Source: Malacoraja senta
Lineage: Eukaryota
NCBI GenBank assembly: GCA_038087875.1
Contig: JAXLNO010000235.1
Location: forward strand, 372,001-410,600
Length of the DNA: 38,600 nucleotides
Reading direction: 5' to 3'
Shown piece by piece: positions 22,539 to 34,740 of the stretch. The stretch's first letter is position 1; each line of letters starts with the position of its first letter. A program made the translations under genes and the position numbers. The notes beneath the pieces are model-generated. The model did no database searches. It saw nothing but the letters and a program-made list of their open reading frames with translations, and was not told the origin of the DNA.

Positions 22539-23366
22539 ATGCCAAACAAAGGAAAGAAAGCGGAGCAAAAGACAGAAGACCCGGCGACCAGCACCAGCAC
22601 CAGTATGGCCACGCTAGCAGCCATGTTAACAGAACATAAGGTATTGTTACTGGCAGAATTCAACACTGCGTTTACCAAATTGGAAAAGAAGCTGGACAAT
22701 ATCCAGACCACTATGCTAGACCACCAACACCGTCTCTCGTCATTAGAGTCTTTCGCCGCTACCACTAGCCAAGATATACGAGCTTTAACGTCAATGTTAA
22801 CTACGGTGACCGAAGAGAACGCCAAGCTAAAGGCTAAGCTTATCAGCCTGGAAGGTAGGAGTCGCCGAAATAACATAAGGATAGTGGGTCTTCCAGAGAA
22901 TATCGAGGGCTCCCAAACAACAGCGTTTTTCTCTCAATTTCTGCTCAAGACTCTTGGTGAGCACATACTGGAATCAGCCCCGGAGCTAGACCGAGCCCAC
23001 CGTACGCTAACAGCCAAGCCAAGCCCTGGTGAGAAACCCAGAGCAGTTGTGATCTGCTTTCATAGATACCAGACCCGTGAGTTGGTGGTACGTGAGGCTC
23101 GGAGGCAGAGGGGTAAGCTGAAATACAAAGATACCCCGTTCCACATTTTCGAAGACTACTGTCCCGAGATAGTTGAACAACGCTTCGCGTACCGAGACGT
23201 TATGAAGGAGCTGTATAACCTGGGTTTCAAACCCTCCCTTCATTATCCAGCCAAGCTGTTCATTACGTCCGGGGAGGGAAAGAGGCGACGACTAACATCT
23301 CCCGAGGACACTCGGGATTTCATCTCATCTTACCGTCGACGCAGACCGGGACCCACAGATGACTGA
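22539..23366 (+). CDS. L1 ORF1p (coiled coil, RRM, CTD), 275 aa
   Basis: LEGRSRRNNIRIVGLPE, LDRAHR, PRAVV, IFEDY and LHYPAKL motifs; uninterrupted. Confidence 0.93.
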   Translation: MPNKGKKAEQKTEDPATSTSTSMATLAAMLTEHKVLLLAEFNTAFTKLEKKLDNIQTTMLDHQHRLSSLESFAATTSQDIRALTSMLTTVTEENAKLKAKLISLEGRSRRNNIRIVGLPENIEGSQTTAFFSQFLLKTLGEHILESAPELDRAHRTLTAKPSPGEKPRAVVICFHRYQTRELVVREARRQRGKLKYKDTPFHIFEDYCPEIVEQRFAYRDVMKELYNLGFKPSLHYPAKLFITSGEGKRRRLTSPEDTRDFISSYRRRRPGPTDD

Positions 23367-24635
23367 CTTCGTTCAGTACGTCTATATTCGAGTGGCACAG
23401 GGGCACGGTTTACCTACGGTTACATGGACTAACTTTAGCTTGACTGTTCCTAATATCTAGCTATGGTTAGCGTTCAGCATTGCTGATTATGTTAGACCCC
23501 GGTTTCGAAATGTATGAGGCTGGTAAGAAATCATCAGGATTTGCGAATATTTTATATCAACTTTTTCTTATATTGTCTAGGTGTGATCATGCTTGAGGGG
23601 TCCCTCACCAGCATATGCTATAAAGCTGGGCTTAAGGGACCCACTTTGTTGGTTTGTGATTTGGTCTCTGCCTTCCTGTTCTTAGCAGCTGGCCGCTAAC
23701 GCTGCCAACACCTGGCTAGTTTGTTTATACTAATCTTCTTAATGAACTGTCTGGGGCTGATAAGAGCTCATTACAGCCAGGACTGTGTTATACAAATCTT
23801 ATCTTATACCTTTTTTGTTTAACAAAACATAATTGATGCCTTTGGCGTTGCGCCTTAATCCAACAGCCCAGTTTGTAATTTGCTAACTTCACCAATGCTA
23901 ACTCTCTCTTTATACTTTGTCGATTTTAAGACATACTATGCAACACCAAAGGAAGTTATTCTGGCTCCACTTACACGCTAGCCGGTTTACTTAGTATCAC
24001 CATTTTGTTAATAGGCTTTGTCGTATTGTGACTATCATCATTGCTATTATTACTATTAGTGTTAGCAATGGTGCTGGCAGTACAACCATTATGATTATTA
24101 TTTTAACCTTGCATTTATCAATGTATGTTTATCTTACTTCATTCCTATTCTCTGTTTTTCAAATTATTATCATCATCGTTATTATTACTATTACTATACT
24201 TATTTTATTTCATGTTACATTATCGACACTGAGTGACTCCGTCGCTTTGGGAAGCTGTGATATAGGGAGTTAAGATCGGATATCTCCATGCGGAAGCGAG
24301 GACAACGCACCTTGGTGCAATGGGCACTTAAGGTTCAGTTGAGACATGGGGGATCTCGGGTCTGGAGACTCAGGTTTGAAAGATGGTTAAATGATATGTG
24401 TTCCACTTGTTTGCTGTGTGTGTATGTTTTTGTTTTTGTTTTTTTGTTTTTTTGTTTTTGTTTTATTTTACTTCACATATATATATATATGTGTATATGT
24501 ATATGTGCATATATATATATATATATATATATCTCCCCCCCCTCCCCCTCCATACCCCCACTCTTGGCAGCTGGTTTCGATGTGCTCTTCCGTCTCGTTT
24601 TGCAGAACTACAGCGCATTATTCATATAGCTAAAA

Positions 24636-27600
24636 ATGGCCAACACAAACGATACTCTTAGATTTGTCTCGTGGAACGTGAGAGGGATGGGAAGTCCTAC
24701 CAAAACTGATAGGATCTTGGCCCATTTGCAACAGCTCAAAGGCGATATATTCTTTATCCAAGAGACCCACCTTCGCAACAGAGAGGTAACACGGCTTAAG
24801 AGAGGCTGGATTAGTCAACTATTTCACTCGAAATTTAATAATAGGGCTGGGGGCACCGCTATCCTGATTCGTAAGAACATCAAGTTCGAACCACAGAAAA
24901 CTGTGGAAGACCCTGCTGGTCGCTTTGTCATGGTGTCGGGCAAACTGCAAGACACACCTGTCATATTGGCAAGCATCTATGGACCCAACTGGGATGACAG
25001 CTCATTTATAACTAAATTTTTTACATCTCTCCCAAATATTGAAAATCACCATGTCATTGTGGGTGGAGATTTTAATCTGGTCCAAGATCCTATACTGGAT
25101 AGATCTTCGAATAAAGCCTCTACTTTAACTAAATCCGGTAAGACTCTGCGTGCTCTTGCCAAACAACTGGGGCTCACAGATCCATGGAGATCTATATCCC
25201 CCACGACTAAATTATTTTCATTTTTCTCCCACGTACATCGTACGTTTACCCGTATAGACTTCTTTCTCTTAGATAATAGATTGCTTTCCAAAATCAAATC
25301 CAGTGAGTACCATAGCATCGTAATATCAGATCATGCTGCGACCTCCCTTGATCTTCATTTTTGTAAACGAACTAACCCCTTTAAGTGGAGGTTCAACTCC
25401 TCATTATTAGCAGAGGCTCACTACATGCAATTCTTGCACTCTCAAATCACCCTATATTTTGAGCTGAATGACTCGCCGGACATAGAAAGAGGTATACTTT
25501 GGGAAGCTTCAAAAGCCTATATTAGGGGCCAACTCATTTCCTTTATCTCCAACCTGAAAAGAACCGAGACGTTCCAAACGGCAGATCTGTTACAAAAAAT
25601 AAAGGACATTGATGACAAATATGCATCTGACCCAAACCCTAATCTCTATAGAGAACGCCTTAGGCTACAAACAGACTTTGACCTCATATCCATTAATAAA
25701 GCCAAACTACGACTGCTTAAATCTAGGCAACACTTTTTTGAATCTGGGGATAAAGCTGGAAAGCTCTTGGCCCATCAGGCCAGAACAGAGGCGACTTCAC
25801 GGCTAATTCCAGCCATTAGATCCAGCTCAGGGGAGACTCATACTGATCCTCTCAGAATTAATGAAGCATTTGCTAAATTCTACACTGAACTATACACTTC
25901 TGACTGTCCCCCCACTGCAGGTGACATGTTCAGTAGTATGATGCTTCCTCGAATTGACGAAGAAGCCATGAGAGACTTGGGTGGTCCCATAACTGTAGCT
26001 GAGGTCCAAGCAGCCATTACATCGCTGCAAAGCGGAAAGTCACCCGGCCCTGACGGCTTCTCTGTAGAATATTACAAAGCTTTCTCTGACCTCCTTGCAC
26101 CAGTCCTGAGAGATATGTATAATGAGGCGTTTTTACACCGTCGCCTACCGCCCACCTTGTCGTGGGCTACCATCTCCCTAATTCTTAAAAAGGAGAAAGA
26201 TCCCCTGCTTTGTGGTAGCTATAGACCAATCTCACTCCTGAATGTGGACCTCAAAATCCTTTCTAAAGTCCTTGCGCTTCGTCTTCAGCAAGTGATGCCC
26301 TCTATTATCTCGTTGGATCAAACAGGGTTTATACCTGGCCGACAGTCTTCCCATAATACTAGGCGTCTCCTTAACATCATTCACTCTTCGAGTAATGAGA
26401 CCCCGGAAATGGTGGTCTCCCTCGATGCCGAAAAGGCCTTCGACAGGGTTGAGTGGAGGTACCTTTATGAAGCGATGGATAGGTTTGGCCTCGGCAACAG
26501 TTTTATTCTCTGGGTGAGCCTATTATATTCGTCCCCGGTGGCCTCAGTACAAACAAACGACATACTGTCGCCCCACTTCACACTTCAGAGAGGTACCAGA
26601 CAGGGTTGCCCGTTATCTCCTCTCTTGTTTGATGTCGCGATAGAACCCCTGGCGGTCTGGTTATGCGCAGAGAAGGGCTTTGAAGGTATTACACGGTTTG
26701 ACACAACTCATAAAGTCTCATTGTATGCGGATGACCTGCTCCTGTACATCTCGAACCCAGTCAGTTCTCTCCCTGTGATTATGAATATTCTAGAACGGTT
26801 TGGTGCATACTCTGGTTATAAACTTAACTACCAAAAGAGTGAGCTATTACCGATTAACTTACCGGCTAAGCAGCTCCCTCGCTCTTTAACCTCATTCAAA
26901 AGGGCAGAGGATGGGTTTCGCTATCTCGGCGTTTTTATCACAATACCCTTATCTGATATGTTCCGCACAAACTTTTTGCCTCTGGTTGAGAAAGCCGAAA
27001 AGGATTTCGATCGCTGGTCAGTCTTACCTCTATCCCTCGTGGGCCGGATGAATCTGGTTAAGATGGTTGTCCTACCCAAATTCCTGTATCTTTTCCAGCA
27101 TGTCCCCATACTTATCACCAAATCTTTTTTTGACAAATTAGAAAGGACAATATCTAAATTCTTATGGGGTAGCAAACCGGTCAGAATCCGAAAGGCGATA
27201 CTGCAGTCTCCTAAGAGTGATGGCGGTTTGGCCCTCCCTGATTTTAGGCGATACTACTGGGCAGCTAACTTGCAAAAACTCCTGTATTGGATGAATGATG
27301 ATTGCGAGCACCCACCGATCTGGGTATACATGGAAAAGGCGAGTTCACGTCTCCCATTGCGGTCTGTCTTATGCTCCCAACTCCCCCTTTCTATAACATC
27401 TGTGGGTGCAGGCCCAATTGTGTCCCTTTCGCTCAAGATATGGAGTCAATTTAGGAAAAACCTCGGTTTACAGGGTCCTTCCATCTTGACCCCACTGCTT
27501 AAAAATCACATTTTTAAACCTTCAAGTATAGACCACGCATTTAAAACCTGGCATAGTAATGGCATCAGTAGTATTAAAAACCAATATAAGGATGGTATCT

Positions 27601-28427
27601 TCTCATCTTTCGCGGAGCTCTCGTCTAACTACAACCTCCCAGCCTCCCACCTTTTTCGGTTTTTCCAGATTAGGGATTTTGTGAAGAAGACATTTCCCTA
27701 CTTCCCAAATCGCCCTCCTGAAACCCTGACCGATATCATCTTAGCTTTAGACCCCAATCGGAAGAAATGCATCTCTATTTTATATAATTTGCTAGGGTCG
27801 GTTTTATTGAAACCTCATACCTTATTAAAAGCTGCGTGGGAGGGAGAGCTGAATACGCAATTAACAGACCAGCAATGGGACTCTGCCTTGGGTTTGATCC
27901 ACTCTTCTTCTATATGTGCTCGTCATGGCCTAATCCAATGCAAAGTCCTTTACAAAGTCCACTATACAAATGTAAGATTAGCTAGAATGTACCCAGCTGT
28001 CAATGACACCTGTAACAGATGTAGTCAATCTCCCGCCAACCATAGCCACATGTTTTGGTCTTGCCCTAAGCTAGCAGCCTTTTGGAGGAGTGCTTTTGAA
28101 TTGATAAGTAGAGCTTATGACCAGACTATTCTTCCAAATCCAATGTCAGCCATTTTCGGTACCCCTCCTAATACCAACCTCTCTGTTGCGGTGAAACGGG
28201 TCCTAGCTTTTACAACCTTGTTAGCCCGGAGACTGATCTTGCTTAATTGGAGGCTCACCTGTCCCCCGACACACGCCCGTTGGATTAAAGAGGTGCTTTA
28301 CAATCTGAAACTTGAAAAACTTAGGTTCTCTCTCAAAGGTTCTACCAAGACATTCCTAGATACATGGAACCCTTTCCTTGAATTGGTTAACTCTCTTACC
28401 TTGTCCCCGGACTCGGAAGAGGACTGA
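24636..28427 (+). CDS. L1 ORF2p (APE endonuclease, RT, CCHC), 1263 aa
   Basis: SWNVRG, QETH, GGDFN, RIDFF, SDH; DAEKAFD, GTRQGCPLSP, YADD; CNRC...H...WSCP. No stops. Confidence 0.97.
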   Translation: MANTNDTLRFVSWNVRGMGSPTKTDRILAHLQQLKGDIFFIQETHLRNREVTRLKRGWISQLFHSKFNNRAGGTAILIRKNIKFEPQKTVEDPAGRFVMVSGKLQDTPVILASIYGPNWDDSSFITKFFTSLPNIENHHVIVGGDFNLVQDPILDRSSNKASTLTKSGKTLRALAKQLGLTDPWRSISPTTKLFSFFSHVHRTFTRIDFFLLDNRLLSKIKSSEYHSIVISDHAATSLDLHFCKRTNPFKWRFNSSLLAEAHYMQFLHSQITLYFELNDSPDIERGILWEASKAYIRGQLISFISNLKRTETFQTADLLQKIKDIDDKYASDPNPNLYRERLRLQTDFDLISINKAKLRLLKSRQHFFESGDKAGKLLAHQARTEATSRLIPAIRSSSGETHTDPLRINEAFAKFYTELYTSDCPPTAGDMFSSMMLPRIDEEAMRDLGGPITVAEVQAAITSLQSGKSPGPDGFSVEYYKAFSDLLAPVLRDMYNEAFLHRRLPPTLSWATISLILKKEKDPLLCGSYRPISLLNVDLKILSKVLALRLQQVMPSIISLDQTGFIPGRQSSHNTRRLLNIIHSSSNETPEMVVSLDAEKAFDRVEWRYLYEAMDRFGLGNSFILWVSLLYSSPVASVQTNDILSPHFTLQRGTRQGCPLSPLLFDVAIEPLAVWLCAEKGFEGITRFDTTHKVSLYADDLLLYISNPVSSLPVIMNILERFGAYSGYKLNYQKSELLPINLPAKQLPRSLTSFKRAEDGFRYLGVFITIPLSDMFRTNFLPLVEKAEKDFDRWSVLPLSLVGRMNLVKMVVLPKFLYLFQHVPILITKSFFDKLERTISKFLWGSKPVRIRKAILQSPKSDGGLALPDFRRYYWAANLQKLLYWMNDDCEHPPIWVYMEKASSRLPLRSVLCSQLPLSITSVGAGPIVSLSLKIWSQFRKNLGLQGPSILTPLLKNHIFKPSSIDHAFKTWHSNGISSIKNQYKDGIFSSFAELSSNYNLPASHLFRFFQIRDFVKKTFPYFPNRPPETLTDIILALDPNRKKCISILYNLLGSVLLKPHTLLKAAWEGELNTQLTDQQWDSALGLIHSSSICARHGLIQCKVLYKVHYTNVRLARMYPAVNDTCNRCSQSPANHSHMFWSCPKLAAFWRSAFELISRAYDQTILPNPMSAIFGTPPNTNLSVAVKRVLAFTTLLARRLILLNWRLTCPPTHARWIKEVLYNLKLEKLRFSLKGSTKTFLDTWNPFLELVNSLTLSPDSEED

Positions 28428-29683
28428 GTGTTCTCCATCATCGTTTTGTTCTACAGCAGCTGCTTTCCCCTTAACCCCCCCTCCCTACAATGGTTTATTG
28501 AGATGTGTACGTATATATATATATATATATATCTTAAAAATTTTTTAAAAAAAGATTGATTGGGATTTTTGTGTATATATTATATATATATATTTTTATT
28601 TTTTATTTTTTATTTTATATATTTTTTATTTTTTTATTTTTTATATAGCACATTTTGTTTCGTCTATTCTACCATTTGTGTGTGGATGTGTATGTATGTG
28701 AGTGTTGTTTGTCCTCGTTTGGCTCCGACCTGACTTGGGTGGGTTGAAGGTGGGTATGGGTAAGGGTTTTGAGGATCGCTTACATTCTGTTGTACAATTA
28801 TGCCTTGATTATTACTGTCTGTTATTATTGTATGTATGTAAATTGCCGTGAAATTCAAATAAAAAGATTAAATTTAAAAATTAAGAGAACTGAAAGAAAT
28901 TTTCAGTTATTATAGATTGAAGCATTCTGAAACAAATATGAAACAATCTTACTTAGAAGCCATGAAATTAAAGCATATAATTAGTTAGTTACCTAATTGT
29001 AGCTAATTACAAAATTCAATTACTAGATCTAAACATCTATCAATTTCTTAAGAATAGATTAACATTTTTAAATAGCTTAAGTGTCCAAATAACATTCACA
29101 CAAGAATTCACAATATAACATAATTTTTAAATCTCATTGTCATGAATTTACAGGCCAAATGGAAGGAATTGAATGTTTAATACCTGTAAATTAATGGGCA
29201 TTTAAATCATCTTGTGAGTGAGGATTTCTGGAATGCGATCATTTGGAACGTTCATTTGCGGTGAATTTAACCCCGTATTGGCATGAAAAATACTGCCGTT
29301 AATTCGGGGAATAAAATCACCGTTTCGCAAGAAAAAATGTGAATTAAAGGCTTCTTAAGAAGCACTTTTATACATTTAAATAAACCACTTTCGTTTACCT
29401 GTCCCATGTGTGAAATCAGTCCCCGTTATCGGCGTTGACGGCTTCAGGAGCTGATTTTAAAGTGACTCCAGCGCTGACATTGTCGATTTAATAAAAATTA
29501 AAAATTCACAAAACGCCCCTAGGAACGACTTTTCAGCAAACGCTTGTACTCCAACGAAATATAATTCAGGACAAGGTAGGAGAAACCCGCGTTTTAAGCC
29601 CGCCCCCCCCTTAAAGGCGCCAAAATCGCGCACACGGCCAGTGGCAGAATTACTGCGCCGGTGAAGTAACATACCTACTATAC

Positions 29684-30690
29684 AGAACAGAGCCGTTGAC
29701 TCTGACAAGTCGGACTGCAAAGAAATACCGCAGGGGGGGGGGCAGCGTTGCTGGGGCCGAATGGAGCGGTTTATGGAGCAGATGCTCCACTGTGACAGAC
29801 TCCAGGAGATGGAGGCTAGTCACCATGGGTATATAATGCACCCATGGCAGCACCTTATCCAGGGCTGCACAGTGCATCTCCCTCGACAGAGGGGAGTACT
29901 GGGAGCCAATTCTGGGCTGGCTCTGAGGGGTGTTTGCTGAAGAGACAACCAGCGTGCAGGGGGTGCAAGAACAAGGACACTTGCTGGAAATGGTGTCCAA
30001 TTTGTACAACTAGAGCAGACTGGACTGAGCATCCAGTATTGACTATCTCTCATTTAAACAATTACAGGAACATGGCTGTAATGGACACTACTGCCAAATA
30101 TTTGGCAACGGTAAAATTGTGTATCCCTCAAAATTTCCAGTTGTGAACAGTTGCATCTGGAAACACATTGATGCGGGAGTCAGAAGCCAGCATATTAAGC
30201 TTCAGAAAACGCTAAAATTGTTGACTGCAGGGATCACAGCAGTTACCCGGACAGTGGATGGAAAAGTGATGTCAGAACAACAGCAAGACGCTCTGGCATT
30301 ATTCTGCAATACGTAGTACGAGATGAATAGTCTCAGGAAGAACACCATCCGCCCAGCTTTAAGCCATAAGTTGCAGAGCTGTGTAGACCTGGAGGTAATA
30401 AACCACCAATATTACTATTTGGGGACAACCTGTCAAAACAGGTAAAATAGCTCGATGAGGAGGCTAAAACCGTGGCGCTCATAAAGGCGGCAACAGGTAG
30501 GACCTCCTTCACACGACAACAGCAGAGCAAGACACACAGAAGCTGGTGAAAGCTCAAAGGCCGGGCAACAGGAAACAGGTATTTTTTAGGCCATGGCCCA
30601 GACCGGCCTTCGTGGAAGATGCGCAAACCCCAAATCCAAACTCCGGCAACTGAACTTCTACGGCGTCTGCACAGGAAGAAATAAAATTTC
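29684..30690 (+). pseudogene. DIRS-type retroelement gag-like region, degenerate
   Basis: VNSCIWKHIDAGVRSQHIKLQK...DALALFCN...LRKNTIRPAL...LLFGDNLSKQVK, with stops and shifts. Directly upstream of a DIRS-type RT. Confidence 0.65.
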
Positions 30691-30759
30691 CACTGGTCAC
30701 CATGGAGGTAGGTGGGTCTGGTCTCTTCCAAAAAACAGGAATTGTAAATAATACACAAA

Positions 30760-31466
30760 TTGGTGGTAGATTACACTTTTTTGGGAGGCATGAAGTGCAA
30801 TAACTACTGACACTTATATCCTACTTATTATTCAGGGATATACAATTGAATTTGTGCACAAAAAGTATTCCCCGGTTCAGCATGTACCGAACCGAACGTT
30901 ACTGGAAGCGCATGCTGAACTGGAGAGGCTATATGCTAAGGGGGTCAATGAAAAAACCCAACACGACTCTGGAATTCGTGTCAAATATCTTTACAATAAA
31001 CAAAAAAGATGGTGGTTGCCACATCATTATAGATTTGACAAAACTGAATACATTTGTGCAGTATATTCATTTCAAAATGGAAACATTTGTTACTGCCAGA
31101 CAATTAATTTCCAAAGGCTACTTCACGGCTTGCATCGATCTAAAGATGCTTACTATTCGGTGCCTATGCGGAAGGATCACAGACGTTATTTAAAATTTAA
31201 CTGGATGGGGCAGCTCTGGCAGTATAGAGCTACCTAAAGGAACAACATCCGCCCCCAGACTATTTACCAAAATTTTGAAACCAGCCCTAACGTTTCTTCG
31301 GAAACAAAATCATTTGGTCATGGATTACCTACATGACATATTAATTGTGGGGAAAACTTTGGAACTAGCCAAAATAGCTGTATCAGCCACCAAACAATTG
31401 TTTGAGAGACTGGGGTTTATCATCCATCCAGTTAAATCTAAGCTAACACCTTCCACCACTATGGTC
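30760..31466 (+). pseudogene. DIRS-type RT, N-terminal part, frameshifted
   Basis: SNIFTINKKDGG, IIDLTKLN, HFKME, IDLKDAYYSVP, SAPRLFTK, YLHD (degenerate YLDD) and LGFIIHPVKSKLTPS. Confidence 0.88.
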
Positions 31467-34400
31467 ATAGATACATAGATACATAGAAAATAGGTGCAGG
31501 AGTAGGCCATTCGGCCCTTCGAGCCTGCACCGCCATTCAATATGATCATGGCTGATCATCCAACTCAGTATCCCGTACCTGCCTTCTCTCCATACCCCCT
31601 GATCCCTTTAGCCACAAGGGCCACATCTAACTCCCTCTTAAATATAGACAATGAACTGGCCTCAACTACCCTCTGTGGCAGAGAGTTCCAGAGATTCACC
31701 ACTCTCTGTGTGAAAAAGTTTTTCCTCATCTCGGTCTTAAAGGATTTCCCCCTTATCCTTAAGCTGTGACCCCTTGTCCTGGACTTCCCCAACATCGGGA
31801 ACAATCTTCCTGCATCTAGCCTGTCCAACCCCATAAGAATTTTGTACGTTTCTATAAGATCCCCTCTCAATCTCCTAAATTCTAGCGAGTATAAGCCAAG
31901 TCTATCCAGTCTTTCTTCATATGAAAGTCCTGACATCCCAGGAATCAGTCTGGTGAACCTTCTCTGCACTCCCTCTATGGCTATAATGTCCTTCCTCAGA
32001 TTTGGAGACCAAAACTGTACGCAATACTCCAAGTGTGGTCTCACCAAGACCCTGTACAACTGCAGTAGAACCTCCCTGCTCCTATACTCAAATCCTCTTG
32101 CTATGAAGGCCAACATACCATTCGCTTTCTTCAGTGCCTGCTGCACCTGCATGCCTACTTTCAATGACTGGTGTACCATGACACCCAGGTCTCGCTGCAT
32201 CTCCCCATTTCCTAATCGGCCACCATTTAGATAATAGTCTGCCTTCCCGTTTTTGCCACCAAAGTGGATAACCTCACATTTATCCACATTATACTGCATC
32301 TGCCAAACATTTGCCCACTCACCCAGCCTATCCAAGTCACCTTGCAGTCTCCTAGCATCCTCCTCACAGCTAACACTGGCCCCCAGCTTAGTGTCATCCG
32401 CAAACTTGGAGATGTTGCTTTCAATTCCCTCGTCCAGATCATTAATATAAATTGTAAATAGCTGGGATCCCAGCACTGAGCCTTGCGGTACCCCACTAGT
32501 CACTGCCCGCCATTGTGAAAAGGACCCGTTTACTCCTACTCTTTGCTTCCTGTTTGCCAGCCAGTTCTCTATCCACATCAATACTGGACCCCCAATACCG
32601 TGTGATTTAAGTTTGTATCCTAATCTCTTATGTGGTACCTTGTCGAAAGCCTTCTGAAAGTCCAGATACAACACATCCACTGGTTCTCCCCTATCCACTC
32701 TACTAGTTACATCCTCGAAAAATTCTATAAGATTCATCAGACACGATTTACCTTTCGTAAATCCATGCTGACTTTGTCCAATGATTTCACCACTTTCCAA
32801 ATGTGCTGCTATCCCATCTTTAATAACTGACTCTAGCAGTTTCCCCACTACCGATGTTAGACTAACTGGTCTGTAATTCCCCATTTTCTCTCTCCCTCCC
32901 TTCTTAAAAAGTGGGGTTACGTTTGCTACCCTCCAATCCTCAGGAACTACTCCAGAATCTAAAGAGTTTTGAAAAATTATCACTAATGCATCCACTATTT
33001 CTGGAGGTACTTCCTTAAGTACTCTGGGATGCAGCCTATCTGGCCCTGGTGATTTATCGGCCTTTAATCCATTCAATTTACCCGACACCACTTCCCGACT
33101 AACCTGGATTTCACTCAGTTCCTCCATCTCCTTTGACCCGCGGCCCCCTGCTATTTCCGGCAGATTATTTATGTCTTCCTAAGTGAAGACGGATCCAAAG
33201 TAGTTATTCAATTGGTCCGCCATATCCTTGTTCCCCATGATCAATTCACCTGTTTCTGACTGCAAGGGACCTACATTTGTTTTAACTAATCTCTTTCTCT
33301 TCACATATCTATAAAAACTTTTGCAGTCAGTTTTTATGTTCCCTGCCAGTTTCTTTTCATAATCTATTTTCCCTTTCCTAATTAAGCCCTTTGTCCTCCT
33401 CTGCTGGTCTCTGAATTTCTCCCAGTCCTCTGGTATGCTGCTTTTTCTGGCTAATTTGTACGCATCATCTTTTGCTTTGATACTATCCCTGATTTCCCTT
33501 ATTATCCACGGATGCACTACCTTCCCTGATTTATTCTTTTGCCAAACTGGGATGAACAATTTTTGTAGTTCATGCATGCAGTCTTTAAATGCCTTCCATT
33601 GCATATCCACCGTCAACCCTTTTAGAACTAATTGCCAGTCAATCTTGGCCAATTCACGTCTCATACCCTCAAAGTTACCTTTCTTTAAGTTCAGAACCGT
33701 TGTTTCTGAATTAACAATGTCACTCTCCATCCTAATGAAGAACTCTACCATATTATGGTCACTCTTGCCCAAGGGGGCACGCACAACAAGACTGCTAACT
33801 AACCCTTCCTCATTACTCAATACCCAGTCTAGAATAGCCTGCTCTCTCCTTGGTTCCTCTACATGTTGGTTTAGATAACTATCCCTCATACATTCCAAGA
33901 AATCCTCTTCCTCAGCACCCCTGCCAATTTGATTCACCCAATCTATATGTAGATTGAAGTCACCCATTATAACTGTTTTGCCTTTGTTGCACGCATTTCT
34001 AATTTCCTGTTTGATACCATCCCCAACTTCACTACTACTGCTAGGTGGCCTGTACACAACACCCACCAGCGTTTTCTGCCCCTTAGTGTTTCGCAGCTCT
34101 ACCCATACCGATTCCACATCCTCCAAGCTAATGTCCTTCCTTTCCACTGCGTTAATCTCCTCTCTAACCAGCAACGCTACCCCACCTCCTTTTCCTTTCT
34201 CTCTATCACTCCTGAATATTGAATATCCCTGGATGTTCAGCTCCCAACCTTGGTCACCCTGGAGCCATGTCTCCGTGATCCCAACTATATCATAATCATT
34301 AATTGCTATCTGCACGTTCAACTCATCCACCTTATTACGAATGCTCCTTGCATTGAGACACAAAGCCTTCAGGCTTGTTTTTACAACGCTCTTACCCCTT

Positions 34401-34740
34401 ATACAATTATGTTGAAAAGTGGCTCTTTTTGATTTTTGCCCTGGATTTGTCTGCCTGCCACTTTTACTTTTCACCTTGCTACCTATTGCTTCCGCCCGCA
34501 TTTTAAACCCTCTGTTTCTTTGCTCACCCATTTAAGAACCCCACCACCTCTTATTCTCTGTTTATTATTGTTTTCTTCTTTTTTCCCTACATGTTGGGTC
34601 TGAGTGCTTTCCTTCTCTGCCTCCTGCCTCACACACTGTCTAATAGCATTCTCTATTTGAGTCCCTCCCCCCAACCATTCTAGTTTAAAGTCTCCCCAGT
34701 AGCCTTTGCAGATCTCCCCGCCAGGATATCGGTCCCCCTG
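31467..34740 (-). mobile_element. CR1 LINE with last codons of ORF1 and a complete ORF2 broken by one stop
   Basis: ORF 33179-34531 (NARSI, ITETW, GDFN, SDH) and ORF 31565-33127 (KAFDKV, QGSVLG, FADD) are in the same frame, separated by TAG at 33181-33179. The ORF1 tail GTDILAGR...LN* lies at 34680-34740. (CATAGATA)n tail; GGTC duplicated at 31463-31466 and 34741-34744. Confidence 0.95.

Larger units (their letters stand above)
22384..28875 (+). mobile_element. Full-length L1-clade LINE
   Basis: 5' end GACTTCCGGT, then ORF1, a 1269-bp spacer, ORF2, a 3' UTR and AATAAA at 28858-28863. TSD AAAAATTAAGAGAACT at 22368-22383 and 28876-28891, at a TT/AAAA site. Confidence 0.95.
22136..29678. mobile_element. 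Unclassified non-autonomous TIR element (about 1035 bp: 22136-22383 and 28892-29678) split by the L1
   Basis: Imperfect 13-bp TIRs GTAGCAATGTTGC / GTAACATACCTAC (10/13 match). TATAC direct repeats at 22131-22135 and 29679-29683. AT-rich, non-coding interior. Confidence 0.6.

Noticed and set aside
24028..24661. Hydrophobic small ORFs in the L1 spacer as a possible third ORF
   Set aside because: They derive from ATT, GTTTTT and TA microsatellites, with no recognisable motif.
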